64,000 bases of DNA from Candidatus Onthoplasma sp. (GTDB lineage: Bacteria > Bacillota > Clostridia > Christensenellales > UBA1242): positions 81,244 through 145,243 of the forward strand of contig JBJETW010000008.1 of NCBI GenBank assembly GCA_051883515.1, given 5' to 3'. Below the pieces are notes generated by a model that ran no database searches, was not told the DNA's origin, and worked only from the letters and a program-made list of their open reading frames with translations. This document shows, piece by piece, positions 48,554 to 57,838 of this stretch. Numbering within the stretch: position 1 is the first letter of the stretch; each line of letters begins with the position of its first letter. A program made the translations under genes and the position numbers.

Positions 48554-49969
48554 TTATTTATCTCTTATATTTTTAATTTTTTCAAGATTTGATTCTGTGT
48601 TTTTTTCAGAATCTTTTTTTGTGAATTTTTGAAAAAAGTTTTTAACACTTGCAAATTTTGTTTTAAGATTTGAGTTGTCTGTTTTGTATGAATCTATGTT
48701 TTTGTTCAATTGAAATTTCTTCTTTTTTGTTGTTTTTTCGGGTTCAGCAATATTGTTATTTTGATTTTCATTTATTGCAGTATTCTCAACATTTTGAGTA
48801 TTTAAATTGTTTTGTACTCCATACATTGTGTTTGGATTTACACCATATCCATTATTAACTCCGGCGTATGGCAAATAATTAAAACCATTATTAAATCCAT
48901 TCATTCCATATCCGAATCCACGATTTCCATACATAAATCTATTATCTAACAATGCAGTGTTAAAAAATGAATCGATGTTGGAATAAGTGTTTCCATAAGT
49001 GTCAATGTTGGAAATAAATTTTTTTGTCTCATTTTCAGTTGTGTTTTCTGTTTGATTTTCATTTGAATTTTCGTCTTCAATTACATTGCCATTTTCGTCA
49101 AATAAAATTTCTTTTTCAATTGGTGGTTCGTTGTTTTTCTGAATCGCATAATAAATTCGAGAAGGGTTGTTTGGAATTAGAGCAGTTCTTGGCATGTTAA
49201 ACAATGTGTTTATCATATTCAAGCAACTCAGACTATTTTGAAGCACATCGTTGCCATTTGATAAGTTATTTAGTATCATGAAATACTTTAAGTTTAAACT
49301 GTCAATATCAGGATTGCCAGTTGTGAAAAGGTTTGATAAATCACTCATTTGAAAACTTAGTTCGTTGGTCACTTTCCCAAGTTCGCGACTTAAATTTTTT
49401 ATTTGGTTTGATTGTTCTGAAATGAATAATTTTTGTTCAGCGGTTAATTCAACTTGCTGATTTTTTACTTTTTCGATTAAGTTTTGTGTCTCTGTTATTG
49501 CTGAATAAATGGAATCTTTAAGTTGGCAAAATTGGTCACAAGAATCCGCAATATCGCGGTTAAGAGAATATAGAGTTGAAAGTTCTGTTGAATTTTCTTT
49601 GCTTTCATTATCGACATTTGTTTCATTGTTTATCTCATTTTGACTTTGCTCAACTTCGTTGATTTCTTCATTTTTGTCTTCTAACTCGTCAATAATTTCA
49701 TTTTCCAACAATTCGTCGTTGTTTAGCAATTCATCATCATTAGCAAACATATTTTCATATTCAGGTTTCTCGCCAAGTTCAATATCATAGTTTCCTTTTA
49801 ATTGATACACTTGTTCAGTGTTGATATTAGCATAATCATTCATGCTTTCAGTAAACATGTTTATACTAGTTTCTAACGTGTTTTCATTTGGTTTTATTTC
49901 AGCATTTGAGCAACCAACAATCAATGCAGACAAACCTAGAGTGCAAATAAATGGCAAAATTTTTTTCAT
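48554..49969 (-). CDS. Hypothetical lipoprotein, low-complexity N/E-rich with a G/Y/N-rich C-terminal region (471 aa)
   Basis: GGAGGAAA SD. Signal peptide with lipobox LIVGC. The stop codon is 1 nt from the sigF stop (convergent). Confidence 0.65.
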   Translation of the reverse strand: MKKILPFICTLGLSALIVGCSNAEIKPNENTLETSINMFTESMNDYANINTEQVYQLKGNYDIELGEKPEYENMFANDDELLNNDELLENEIIDELEDKNEEINEVEQSQNEINNETNVDNESKENSTELSTLYSLNRDIADSCDQFCQLKDSIYSAITETQNLIEKVKNQQVELTAEQKLFISEQSNQIKNLSRELGKVTNELSFQMSDLSNLFTTGNPDIDSLNLKYFMILNNLSNGNDVLQNSLSCLNMINTLFNMPRTALIPNNPSRIYYAIQKNNEPPIEKEILFDENGNVIEDENSNENQTENTTENETKKFISNIDTYGNTYSNIDSFFNTALLDNRFMYGNRGFGYGMNGFNNGFNYLPYAGVNNGYGVNPNTMYGVQNNLNTQNVENTAINENQNNNIAEPEKTTKKKKFQLNKNIDSYKTDNSNLKTKFASVKNFFQKFTKKDSEKNTESNLEKIKNIRDK

Positions 49970-50058
49970 ATTTCCTCCGATTTATCTTAGTATGTGTTTA
50001 TTTCTAAATTTTAATTATAAAATTTCAATTTGGGTTAATAATTCTTTAAGAGGTAATT

Positions 50059-50505
50059 ATGGACGATAAAGAAAGAAATTCTAATTATAATATTTATGTT
50101 GAAGCAAAAATACCAAAAACCAGAGCATGGCCATCTCTTTTTAAAGCATTTTTGTTGGGAGGAACTATTTGTGCGATTGGACAATTGTTTTTCGATTTAT
50201 ATAGCATATGGTTTCCAAATTTGGCAGAAAGCGAACTTACTGCTTGCATGTTAATGACCATCATTTTTATAACCTGTTTTTTAACAGGAATTGGTGTATA
50301 CGACAAAATCGGAGCATGGGGCGGAGCTGGTTCGGTTATTCCTATCACCGGATTTTCAAATTCTATATCTAGTCCTTCAATTGAGTTCAAAAAAGAAGGA
50401 ATAATCTATGGAATATGCGTTAAAATGTTCACAATTGCTGGCCCTGTTATCGTTTGCGGTGTGGTTGGTTCAATTGTTTGTGGAATTATCGGACTTTTTA
50501 TTTAA
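50059..50505 (+). CDS. spoVAC: Stage V sporulation protein AC
   Basis: SpoVAC-type 4-TM protein (GGTICAIGQ..., GAGSVIPITGFSNS). Confidence 0.9.
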   Translation: MDDKERNSNYNIYVEAKIPKTRAWPSLFKAFLLGGTICAIGQLFFDLYSIWFPNLAESELTACMLMTIIFITCFLTGIGVYDKIGAWGGAGSVIPITGFSNSISSPSIEFKKEGIIYGICVKMFTIAGPVIVCGVVGSIVCGIIGLFI

Positions 50506-50514
50506 GGAGATGTT

Positions 50515-51540
50515 ATGCAAACTATAAAAATGAAAAATAATGTCTATTTATTAAACGGTTTCAGCATGGTTGGTCCACTTGAAGGAAAAGGCCCTTTAAA
50601 ATCTTATTTTGATTATATTTTAAAAGACGACACATTAAAAGAAAAAAGTTTTGAAAAAGCAGAAAGAAAAATGCTTGAAGATATAATTATTGGAGCAATT
50701 GATAAATCTGGATTGCAACTTAATCAAATAGATTTTATGTTTGGTGGAGACTTGTTAAATCAAATTGTAAGTTCTTCATACACTGCAAGAGATTTAAATT
50801 TACCGTTTGTTGGGGTTTATTCAGCATGTGCAACAATGACTGAATCACTTGCTCTTGCTTCCATATTTGTTGACAATGGACTTGCAGAAAATGTTGTTGC
50901 AGGAACATGCACGCACTTTAGCAGTGCTGAAAGACAGTATCGATTTCCGCTTGAACTTGGAAATCAGCGTCCACCAACTGCTCAATGGACAATCACTGGC
51001 GGTGGAGCAAGCGTTATTTCAAAATTAAACAGCAAAATCAAAATTAATTCTGTGACATTTGGAAAAGTGATTGATTTTGGAATTGCAGACGTCAACGACA
51101 TGGGAGCGGCAATGGCTCCTGCCGCATTTGACACAATTAAAACTCACCTTGAAAACACAAAGCGGAATGTTAAAGATTATGATTTTATTTGCACGGGTGA
51201 CCTTGGAAAACTTGGGAGTGAGATTTTAATCGATTTAATGGAACATTCTGGAATTATCTTAGGGCAAAATTATGCGGATTGTGGTTGTATGATGTATAAC
51301 AAAACACAAAAAGTTTTTATGGGTGGCAGTGGTGCTGGTTGCAGTGCGAGTGTGTTAAATTCATATATTATTTCAAAGTTAAAAAAAGGTGAGTTTAAAC
51401 GCGTTTTGCTAGTGTCAACTGGTGCGTTAATGAGTACTACCACCGCTCAACAAGGAGACACAATTCCGGGAATTGCACACGCTGTTGAATTGGAATATGT
51501 CGTCGATAAAATAGAAAAAAATAAATCAAAAAAAGGATAA
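50515..51540 (+). CDS. spoVAD: Stage V sporulation protein AD
   Basis: Thiolase-like fold (GVYSACATMTESLALA) located between spoVAC and spoVAE. Confidence 0.9.
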   Translation: MQTIKMKNNVYLLNGFSMVGPLEGKGPLKSYFDYILKDDTLKEKSFEKAERKMLEDIIIGAIDKSGLQLNQIDFMFGGDLLNQIVSSSYTARDLNLPFVGVYSACATMTESLALASIFVDNGLAENVVAGTCTHFSSAERQYRFPLELGNQRPPTAQWTITGGGASVISKLNSKIKINSVTFGKVIDFGIADVNDMGAAMAPAAFDTIKTHLENTKRNVKDYDFICTGDLGKLGSEILIDLMEHSGIILGQNYADCGCMMYNKTQKVFMGGSGAGCSASVLNSYIISKLKKGEFKRVLLVSTGALMSTTTAQQGDTIPGIAHAVELEYVVDKIEKNKSKKG

Positions 51541-51545
51541 TAAAT

Positions 51546-51923
51546 ATGTTTAATGTTTGGGATTATGTAATTTCATTCTTGGTTGGCGGTTTTATATGTT
51601 TTTTGGGACAAATTCTGGTTATTAGAACAAAAATAACGACAGCAAGAATTCTTGTTCTATTTCTCATCATTGGAATGGTTTTGGAAGTTTTTAACATATA
51701 TGCGCCATTTAGAGAATTTGCAAAAGCGGGTGCAAGCGTTCCGATTATCGGTTTTGGAGCAAGTTTGGCAAGGGGTGCAATTATGGCTGCAAAAGAACAA
51801 GGATTTCTTGGAATTATGACCGGAGGACTGACCGCTGCCGCAGGTGGAATTTCAATGGCTATTTTTGCATCGTTTATCTTTGCTTTGATTTTCAGCAGTA
51901 AATCAAAACGGGGCGGAAATTAA
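51546..51923 (+). CDS. spoVAE: Stage V sporulation protein AE (AEB type)
   Basis: Small TM protein with GASVPIIGFGASLARG. Third gene of the spoVA core. Confidence 0.88.
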   Translation: MFNVWDYVISFLVGGFICFLGQILVIRTKITTARILVLFLIIGMVLEVFNIYAPFREFAKAGASVPIIGFGASLARGAIMAAKEQGFLGIMTGGLTAAAGGISMAIFASFIFALIFSSKSKRGGN

Positions 51924-51973
51924 AAAATTTTAAAATTAGGAAAGAATTCCCATTCAATTTAATAAATTAAGAT

Positions 51974-52609
51974 ATGAAAAGAAACACAAAAAAAATTAAA
52001 ATTTCATTGATTGTGGTGATTTTTTTCATATTTTCTTTATTGTCAATTTATTATGTAAATGTTATTAATCCTGTCATAAAATCGTATTCAGCGGCAGAAA
52101 CTAAAGCAATAACTGAAAAGGCGGTTAATCTTGCGGTTAGCAATGTTATCAACCGAACAATCAGTTATGACACTCTGATGGATATAAACTATAACTCAAA
52201 TGGCGAAATCGTTTCGTTTAGTGCAAATCAATATGAAATCAACAGTATATCCCGTGAAATTGTTAAAGAAACGCAATACCAAATAAACAACATTGGACAA
52301 GATGGTCTTAAACTAAACATAGGGACATTTTCTGGCATTCCGATTTTTATTGGTAGAGGACCGAAAATCACATTAAAACTCGTTCCAATCGGTGCGGTTG
52401 GAAGCAAATTTGAAAGTAGATTTGATTCGGTCGGAATAAACATGACAAAACACACGTTATTTCTTTATGTTGATGTTCATGTAAATATAGTTTTGCCGGT
52501 TAAAGCATATGACGTGCATTCTGTCAACCAAGTTCTTTTGGCAGAAAGTATAATTATGGGCAAAGTTCCAGATGTCTACTTTGATAATAGCAACAAAACG
52601 CAAACTTAA
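51974..52609 (+). CDS. yunB: Sporulation protein YunB-like
   Basis: N-terminal TM helix, then AETKAITEKAVNLAVSNVI..., GIPIFIGRGPKITLKLVPIGAV and GINMTKHTLFLYVDVHVNIVLP, which resemble the YunB family. Confidence 0.55.
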   Translation: MKRNTKKIKISLIVVIFFIFSLLSIYYVNVINPVIKSYSAAETKAITEKAVNLAVSNVINRTISYDTLMDINYNSNGEIVSFSANQYEINSISREIVKETQYQINNIGQDGLKLNIGTFSGIPIFIGRGPKITLKLVPIGAVGSKFESRFDSVGINMTKHTLFLYVDVHVNIVLPVKAYDVHSVNQVLLAESIIMGKVPDVYFDNSNKTQT

Positions 52610-52619
52610 AAGAAAATAA

Positions 52620-52648
52620 TTGTCAAAATCGATTTATTGTGGTATAAT
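52620..52648 (+). promoter_or_regulatory. SigA-type promoter placed for a leaderless nifS-thiI mRNA
   Basis: TTGTCA, 17 nt, TGgTATAAT, then 6 nt and the ATG at 52655. No SD. Confidence 0.5.
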
Positions 52649-52654
52649 AAAAAT

Positions 52655-53761
52655 ATGCTAAATTTTGACAATGCAGCAACAACAAAAATAAGTAAACAGT
52701 CACTTGATGCTTTTGTTAGTGCAAGTGAAATGTTTTTTAATCCTAGTTCGCTATACGCACCAGCAAGTGAGGCAAAAAAATCGATTGAAAATTGCCGTTC
52801 ATATCTTTTGAAATACTTAAAAGGAAAACCTAATTCAACATTGATATTTACTGGTTGTGCAAGTGAGAGCAATAATGCTGTTTTAAATGCTCATATAACC
52901 AGAAAAGATAAAAAATATTTAATTGGTGGCGGGGAGCATAGTTCAATTTACACAACTGCAAAGCACTTCAAAGATTTGGGTTATGATATTCAATTCATTC
53001 CTATCTTAAAAAATGGAGCAATAGATATTCAGGCGCTGAAAGAAATGTTAGATGAAAAGGTGGCATTCGTTTCAGTTATTTATGTCAGCAATGAAACAGG
53101 GGCAATAAACGATATCAAAAAAATCTGCGAAATTGTAAAAAATTATAATAAAAACATCATCGTTCACACTGATGCAGTTCAAGCACTTGGTAAAGTTGAT
53201 ATAAACGCAACATCACTAAATGTTGACTATATCACGCTTTCAGCACACAAAATAAATGGTCCAAAAGGAGTCGGTGCATTATACATTGCAAATCCAAACA
53301 AGTTCAAATCATTCATTTTGGGTGGTGAACAAGAATTTGGACTTCGCGCAGGAACAGAAAATCTTCCAGGAATTCTGGCATTTAAAGTTGCGGTCGAAAA
53401 TTTGAGACATACTGATTATTCAATGCATAAAAAAGAATTTTTAGACAATCTTTTGGGCGACTATATTTTAGTTTCTGATGACAATTGTGTAGACAACATC
53501 ATCTCAGTTTGCTTCAAAGGAGTTAGAGGAGAAACTATTGAACACATGTTGGAAACAAAAGGATATTTGATTGGCACAGGTTCTGCTTGTAATAGCAAAG
53601 CGGGATTGAATAGAGTTTTAAGTGAGATTGTTCCAAAAGATTATATAGAAGGAGCAGTTAGAATTAGTTTTGGTGACGAAGTATCACCAAACGATTTAAA
53701 AAATTTGGCAATTGAATTGTCAAATGCTATTGAAGAGTACAAAAAAAGGATTCAAAGATGA
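52655..53761 (+). CDS. Cysteine desulfurase (NifS/IscS type)
   Basis: MLNFDNAATT N-terminus, PLP-Lys SAHKINGPKG, and catalytic GSACNS. The ORF-track TTG at 52637 is rejected. Confidence 0.9.
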   Translation: MLNFDNAATTKISKQSLDAFVSASEMFFNPSSLYAPASEAKKSIENCRSYLLKYLKGKPNSTLIFTGCASESNNAVLNAHITRKDKKYLIGGGEHSSIYTTAKHFKDLGYDIQFIPILKNGAIDIQALKEMLDEKVAFVSVIYVSNETGAINDIKKICEIVKNYNKNIIVHTDAVQALGKVDINATSLNVDYITLSAHKINGPKGVGALYIANPNKFKSFILGGEQEFGLRAGTENLPGILAFKVAVENLRHTDYSMHKKEFLDNLLGDYILVSDDNCVDNIISVCFKGVRGETIEHMLETKGYLIGTGSACNSKAGLNRVLSEIVPKDYIEGAVRISFGDEVSPNDLKNLAIELSNAIEEYKKRIQR

Positions 53762-54912
53762 AAAATATAATTTTGATTAGGTTTAATGAAATACATTTGA
53801 AAGGTGGAAATAAAAAATATTTCATCAAATTATTATATAACAACATAAAACACGCTTTAAAAGATTTTAATTGCAAAATTGAAAACATTCAAAATAGATT
53901 AATTGTGAGAGACTATGACGATGAAGACGGAATTATTTCATCTTTGAAAACTATTTTTGGCGTTCATTCCATTTCAAAAGCGGTGGAAATTGACAATAAT
54001 TTAGATGTCATTTTAGATTATGTTTCAAATATAAAAATTGAAGGTAGTTTTAAGTGCGAAGTTAATCGTGCAGACAAATCTTTCCCTGTTAAATCAAACG
54101 AACTTGCCTGTCAACTTGGCGAGATAATTTTAAACAATAATGCGAATGCAAAAGTTGACATTCACAACCCACAAACCATAATTTATGTGGACATTCGTGA
54201 AACAGGGAAAACTTATATTTTCCATGAAATTATTTATGCTTATTCAGGTCTTCCGCTTGGAGAAAGAAGAGATGGGCTTTTGTTGTTGAGTGGTGGAATT
54301 GATAGTCCAGTGGCTGGTTTTTGCATGGCAAAACGAGGTCTCAGACAAGACATTTTGCATTTTGACAGTTTCCCATACACTAGTCCACAAGCAAAAGAAA
54401 AAGTTATATCTCTTGCAAAACAAATCAAACCTTATATTGGTGCAAGATATATGTATATTTGTTCAATGACAAAAATGCAAGAAGAATTTCACATTCAGTG
54501 TTCAACAGAATTTGCAATAAATTTACTGAGACGTGCAATGATAAGGGTTGCAAACGAATTATGTAAAAAATTCATGTACAAAACAATTATAACAGGTGAA
54601 AGTTTAGGCCAAGTTGCAAGTCAAACAATTGAAAGTTTAACATCAACAAATATCGTTGCAGAGTATCCAGTTTTAAGACCACTTATCAGTTTTAATAAGG
54701 ACGAAATTATAAAGATTGCGAAAGAAATTGGGACTTTTGACACAAGCATTTTGCCATATGAAGATTGTTGCACAGTCTTCCTTCCAAGAAATCCAATTAT
54801 AAAACCTAAAGTCTCTGAATCGCAAAGAGAAGAACAAAAAGTTTTCAATTATCAAGAACTTTTAAATGCTGTTATTGAAAATATGGAAGTTGTTGATTTG
54901 GATAACATTTAA
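53758..54912 (+). CDS. thiI: tRNA 4-thiouridine(8) synthase ThiI (no rhodanese domain)
   Basis: THUMP N-terminal region and PP-loop LLLSGGIDSPVA. ATGA overlap with nifS. Confidence 0.92.
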   Translation: MKNIILIRFNEIHLKGGNKKYFIKLLYNNIKHALKDFNCKIENIQNRLIVRDYDDEDGIISSLKTIFGVHSISKAVEIDNNLDVILDYVSNIKIEGSFKCEVNRADKSFPVKSNELACQLGEIILNNNANAKVDIHNPQTIIYVDIRETGKTYIFHEIIYAYSGLPLGERRDGLLLLSGGIDSPVAGFCMAKRGLRQDILHFDSFPYTSPQAKEKVISLAKQIKPYIGARYMYICSMTKMQEEFHIQCSTEFAINLLRRAMIRVANELCKKFMYKTIITGESLGQVASQTIESLTSTNIVAEYPVLRPLISFNKDEIIKIAKEIGTFDTSILPYEDCCTVFLPRNPIIKPKVSESQREEQKVFNYQELLNAVIENMEVVDLDNI

Positions 54913-54939
54913 AAAAGCACTCGTCATGGGTGTTTTTTT
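54911..54939 (+). terminator. Intrinsic terminator
   Basis: agcactc-gtcat-gggtgtt followed by a T-tract. Confidence 0.55.
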
Positions 54940-55004
54940 GTCGAAAATTGTTAATTTTTCGCAAAAATTTAATTTCACAAAATTTTCAAAAGGTAAAACA
55001 TTAC

Positions 55005-55034
55005 TTGACAACCTTAATATATGTATTGTATAAT
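55005..55034 (+). promoter_or_regulatory. SigA-type promoter of rny
   Basis: TTGACA, 18 nt, TATAAT. Confidence 0.5.
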
Positions 55035-55075
55035 TGTTATGTCACAAAAGTGGCAATAAAAGGGACAGGTAAATA

Positions 55076-56671
55076 ATGAATATAGCAAATTTAGGAATGC
55101 TATTGAGTGTTTCTCCTGCTCTCGTTGTAGTTTTGTCTATAATTATGTTGGCAGTTGGCGGTGGTTTAGGTTTTGGAATCACTGCAATTGTAATAAATAA
55201 AAAAACTAAATCAGCAAGAGCGAATGCGGATAAAATCGTTGAAGAAGCACGCAATCAAGCAAATAAAATCAAGCAAGAGCAAATTGAACAAACAAACAAA
55301 GAAATCAATTTGCTAAAATCTACTTTCGAACAAGAAAACAGAGAAAGAAGAGAAGAAACAAAACGAAATGAAGAGCGTATTTTCGCAAGAGAAGAAATTC
55401 TTTCAAAGCGAGAAACTGCGCTTGACAAAAAAATGGAAGAATTGGAATCTTCAAAAGAGCGAGTGCACAATCAAATTGAAGCACTAAAAAGCAAAGAATA
55501 CGCGATTGATGAACTTCAAGAAAACATTGTAAAAGAACTTGAAAAAGTCAGTCAAATGTCAAAAGAAGAAGCAAAACAAGTCATAATTGACAGATACACT
55601 GAAGAAGCAAAAATTGATGCAGTAAAAATTGCGAAAGGCATTGAAGATAAGGCAAAAGCAGAGGCAGACAAAAAGGCAAGAAATATTATAACTCTTGCAA
55701 TTCAAAAATGTGCAGTTGACAACACAAGTGAAGTGACGACCAGCGTTGTCACACTTCCAAGTGAAGAAATGAAAGGAAGAATTATTGGACGTGAAGGAAG
55801 AAATATCCGTGCGTTAGAGGCAGCAACCGGAATTGACTTTATTGTTGACGACACTCCAGAAGCAATAACACTTTCAGGTTTTGACCCTGTCAGACGTGAA
55901 GTTGCTAGAATTGCTTTGGAAAAATTGATTTTAGATGGAAGAATTCATCCAGCAAGAATTGAAGAACTTGTTCAAAAAGTTCAAAAAGACGTTGAAGAAA
56001 CAATCAAGGAAGCGGGAGAAAATGCATGTTTTGACGCTGATATTCATAACATACACCCTGAAATTGTAAAGACATTGGGAAGATTAAAATATAGAACCAG
56101 TTATGGTCAAAATGTGTTAAATCATTCGTTGGAAGTCTCTTACATTGCTGGCATGTTGGCTGCTGAAGTTGGAGCAAACGAAAAAGTTGCCCGTCGTGCT
56201 GGATTGTTGCACGATTTAGGAAAAGCTGTTGACCATGAAGTTGAAGGAACTCACGTTTCAATTGGTGTTGAACTTGCAAGGAAATATAAGGAAAGTGAAG
56301 CAGTTATTCACTGCATTCAAGCGCACCATAATGATGTTGAACCACAAACTCTTGAAGCAGTAATCGTTCAAGCGGCAGATGCAATTTCAAGTTCTAGACC
56401 AGGCGCTAGAAGAGAGTCAATTGAAAACTACATTAAAAGACTTCAAGACCTTGAAGCAATTGCAAATGAGCACGCAGGTGTTGAAAAGACATATGCCATT
56501 CAAGCAGGAAGAGAAATTCGAGTTATGGTTAAACCAGAACAAATCAGTGACGATGAAGCACAAGTGCTTGCTCATGACATCGCAAAAGAAATTGAAACAA
56601 AACTTGAATATCCTGGTCACATCAAAGTTAATGTTATCAGAGAATCTCGTTTCACTGACACCGCTAAATAA
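55076..56671 (+). CDS. rny: Ribonuclease Y
   Basis: N-terminal TM helix, coiled coil, KH domain ([17 protein letters not shown]), and HD domain (LLHDLGKA...HH). Confidence 0.95.
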   Translation: MNIANLGMLLSVSPALVVVLSIIMLAVGGGLGFGITAIVINKKTKSARANADKIVEEARNQANKIKQEQIEQTNKEINLLKSTFEQENRERREETKRNEERIFAREEILSKRETALDKKMEELESSKERVHNQIEALKSKEYAIDELQENIVKELEKVSQMSKEEAKQVIIDRYTEEAKIDAVKIAKGIEDKAKAEADKKARNIITLAIQKCAVDNTSEVTTSVVTLPSEEMKGRIIGREGRNIRALEAATGIDFIVDDTPEAITLSGFDPVRREVARIALEKLILDGRIHPARIEELVQKVQKDVEETIKEAGENACFDADIHNIHPEIVKTLGRLKYRTSYGQNVLNHSLEVSYIAGMLAAEVGANEKVARRAGLLHDLGKAVDHEVEGTHVSIGVELARKYKESEAVIHCIQAHHNDVEPQTLEAVIVQAADAISSSRPGARRESIENYIKRLQDLEAIANEHAGVEKTYAIQAGREIRVMVKPEQISDDEAQVLAHDIAKEIETKLEYPGHIKVNVIRESRFTDTAK

Positions 56672-56710
56672 TTTATTGTTGTTAAAAATTTATAATTATA
56701 AAAATTTTAA

Positions 56711-56739
56711 AAAGGGTAGATTTAATCTACCTTTTTTTC
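56711..56739 (+). terminator. Intrinsic terminator
   Basis: gggtagat-ttaa-tctacc followed by T7. Confidence 0.7.
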
Positions 56740-56805
56740 TATATAAACATGTGAGTTTGAAAGATATTTTGACATTGTTGAACATAAAAAATATATAATA
56801 AATAA

Positions 56806-56834
56806 TTGACAATAATTTATTATTATGATAGTAT
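56806..56834 (+). promoter_or_regulatory. SigA-type promoter of tRNA-Trp
   Basis: TTGACA, 17 nt, TAGTAT. Confidence 0.55.
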
Positions 56835-56846
56835 GTAAAAGTATAT

Positions 56847-56921
56847 AGGGGAGTGGCTCAACGGTAGAGTAGTGGTCTCCAAAACCATTGGTTGCGTGTT
56901 CGAATCGCGTCTCCCCTGCCA
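56847..56921 (+). tRNA. tRNA-Trp (CCA)
   Basis: Acceptor AGGGGAG/CTCCCCT, anticodon loop CTCCAAA, CCA end encoded. 75 nt. Confidence 0.95.
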
Positions 56922-56923
56922 AT

Positions 56924-56946
56924 CAATCCGTTTGGATTGTTTTTTA
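56924..56946 (+). terminator. Weak intrinsic terminator after tRNA-Trp
   Basis: caatcc-gttt-ggattg followed by T6. Confidence 0.5.
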
Positions 56947-56994
56947 AAAATATTCGTTTGAAACTTTTAAATTATCATATATATGGAGGTCACA

Positions 56995-57318
56995 ATGCCA
57001 TACTTTAAAGTTATTGTTAAAATGGGTCATATGGGTAAAGGAAAATGTTGTGAAATTCCTCTATATATTGAAGCTAATGATGCTGTGGAGGCAATGAAAG
57101 TTCGAGGAATAGGCGGAATTCAGCATAATGCTATACCAGTTTCAGTAAAACCAATTGATGAAGAAGAATACAATAATGGACTTATTGAAAACAAATACTA
57201 TAAACATATGGACGCTTTAAGAGATAAAGGAAAATATAATCGAAAAAAATATTCCGAACCATCTTATGCGCATTTAAAAAATATAACAGACGCTGAAGAC
57301 GGAGTGACTATAAAATGA
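56995..57318 (+). CDS. Hypothetical small protein (107 aa), translationally coupled to rnhA
   Basis: GGAGG SD selects the ATG at 56995. The stop overlaps the rnhA start (ATGA). No family recognised. Confidence 0.55.
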   Translation: MPYFKVIVKMGHMGKGKCCEIPLYIEANDAVEAMKVRGIGGIQHNAIPVSVKPIDEEEYNNGLIENKYYKHMDALRDKGKYNRKKYSEPSYAHLKNITDAEDGVTIK

Positions 57319-57761
57319 AAAAGGTCATAATTTACACTGATGGTGCATGCAGTTGCAATCCCGGTCCTGGAGGTTGGGGCGCCGTTTTGTTTTATAAAGA
57401 CAAAATGAAAGAATTGAGTGGCTTTCAAGCAAACACAACAAACAATCAAATGGAATTGACTGCAGCCATAAAAGCGTTGTCTGAATTAAAAGAACCTTGT
57501 GAAGTCGATTTGTATAGCGATAGCGCATATTTAGTGAATGCTTTTAAGGAAGGTTGGTTAGATAAATGGCAAATGAACGGATTCAAAAATGCAAAGAAGA
57601 AACCAGTTGAAAATGCAGAATTGTGGCAAGAAATTTTGAGATTAAATTCAATCCATAAAATCAACTGGAACAAAGTTAAAGGTCATGCGGACAACAAATA
57701 CAACAATCGTTGTGATGAGTTAGCAACTGGCGAAATTCAAAAACATAAAGACACAAATTAA
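57315..57761 (+). CDS. rnhA: Ribonuclease HI
   Basis: IYTDGACSCNPGPGGWG (D), NNQMELTA (E), YSDSAY (D) and HADNKYNNRCDELA (D) catalytic motifs. Confidence 0.9.
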   Translation: MKKVIIYTDGACSCNPGPGGWGAVLFYKDKMKELSGFQANTTNNQMELTAAIKALSELKEPCEVDLYSDSAYLVNAFKEGWLDKWQMNGFKNAKKKPVENAELWQEILRLNSIHKINWNKVKGHADNKYNNRCDELATGEIQKHKDTN

Positions 57762-57763
57762 TC

Positions 57764-57794
57764 AAAAAAATGCTTCAAAGAAGCATTTTATTTT
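57764..57794. terminator. Bidirectional intrinsic terminator
   Basis: A7, atgcttc-aaa-gaagcat stem-loop, then a T-tract. Confidence 0.6.
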
Positions 57795-57838
57795 ACAATC
57801 TAAAAATTTAATTTGAAATAAGTTTGATTTATTAGCAA

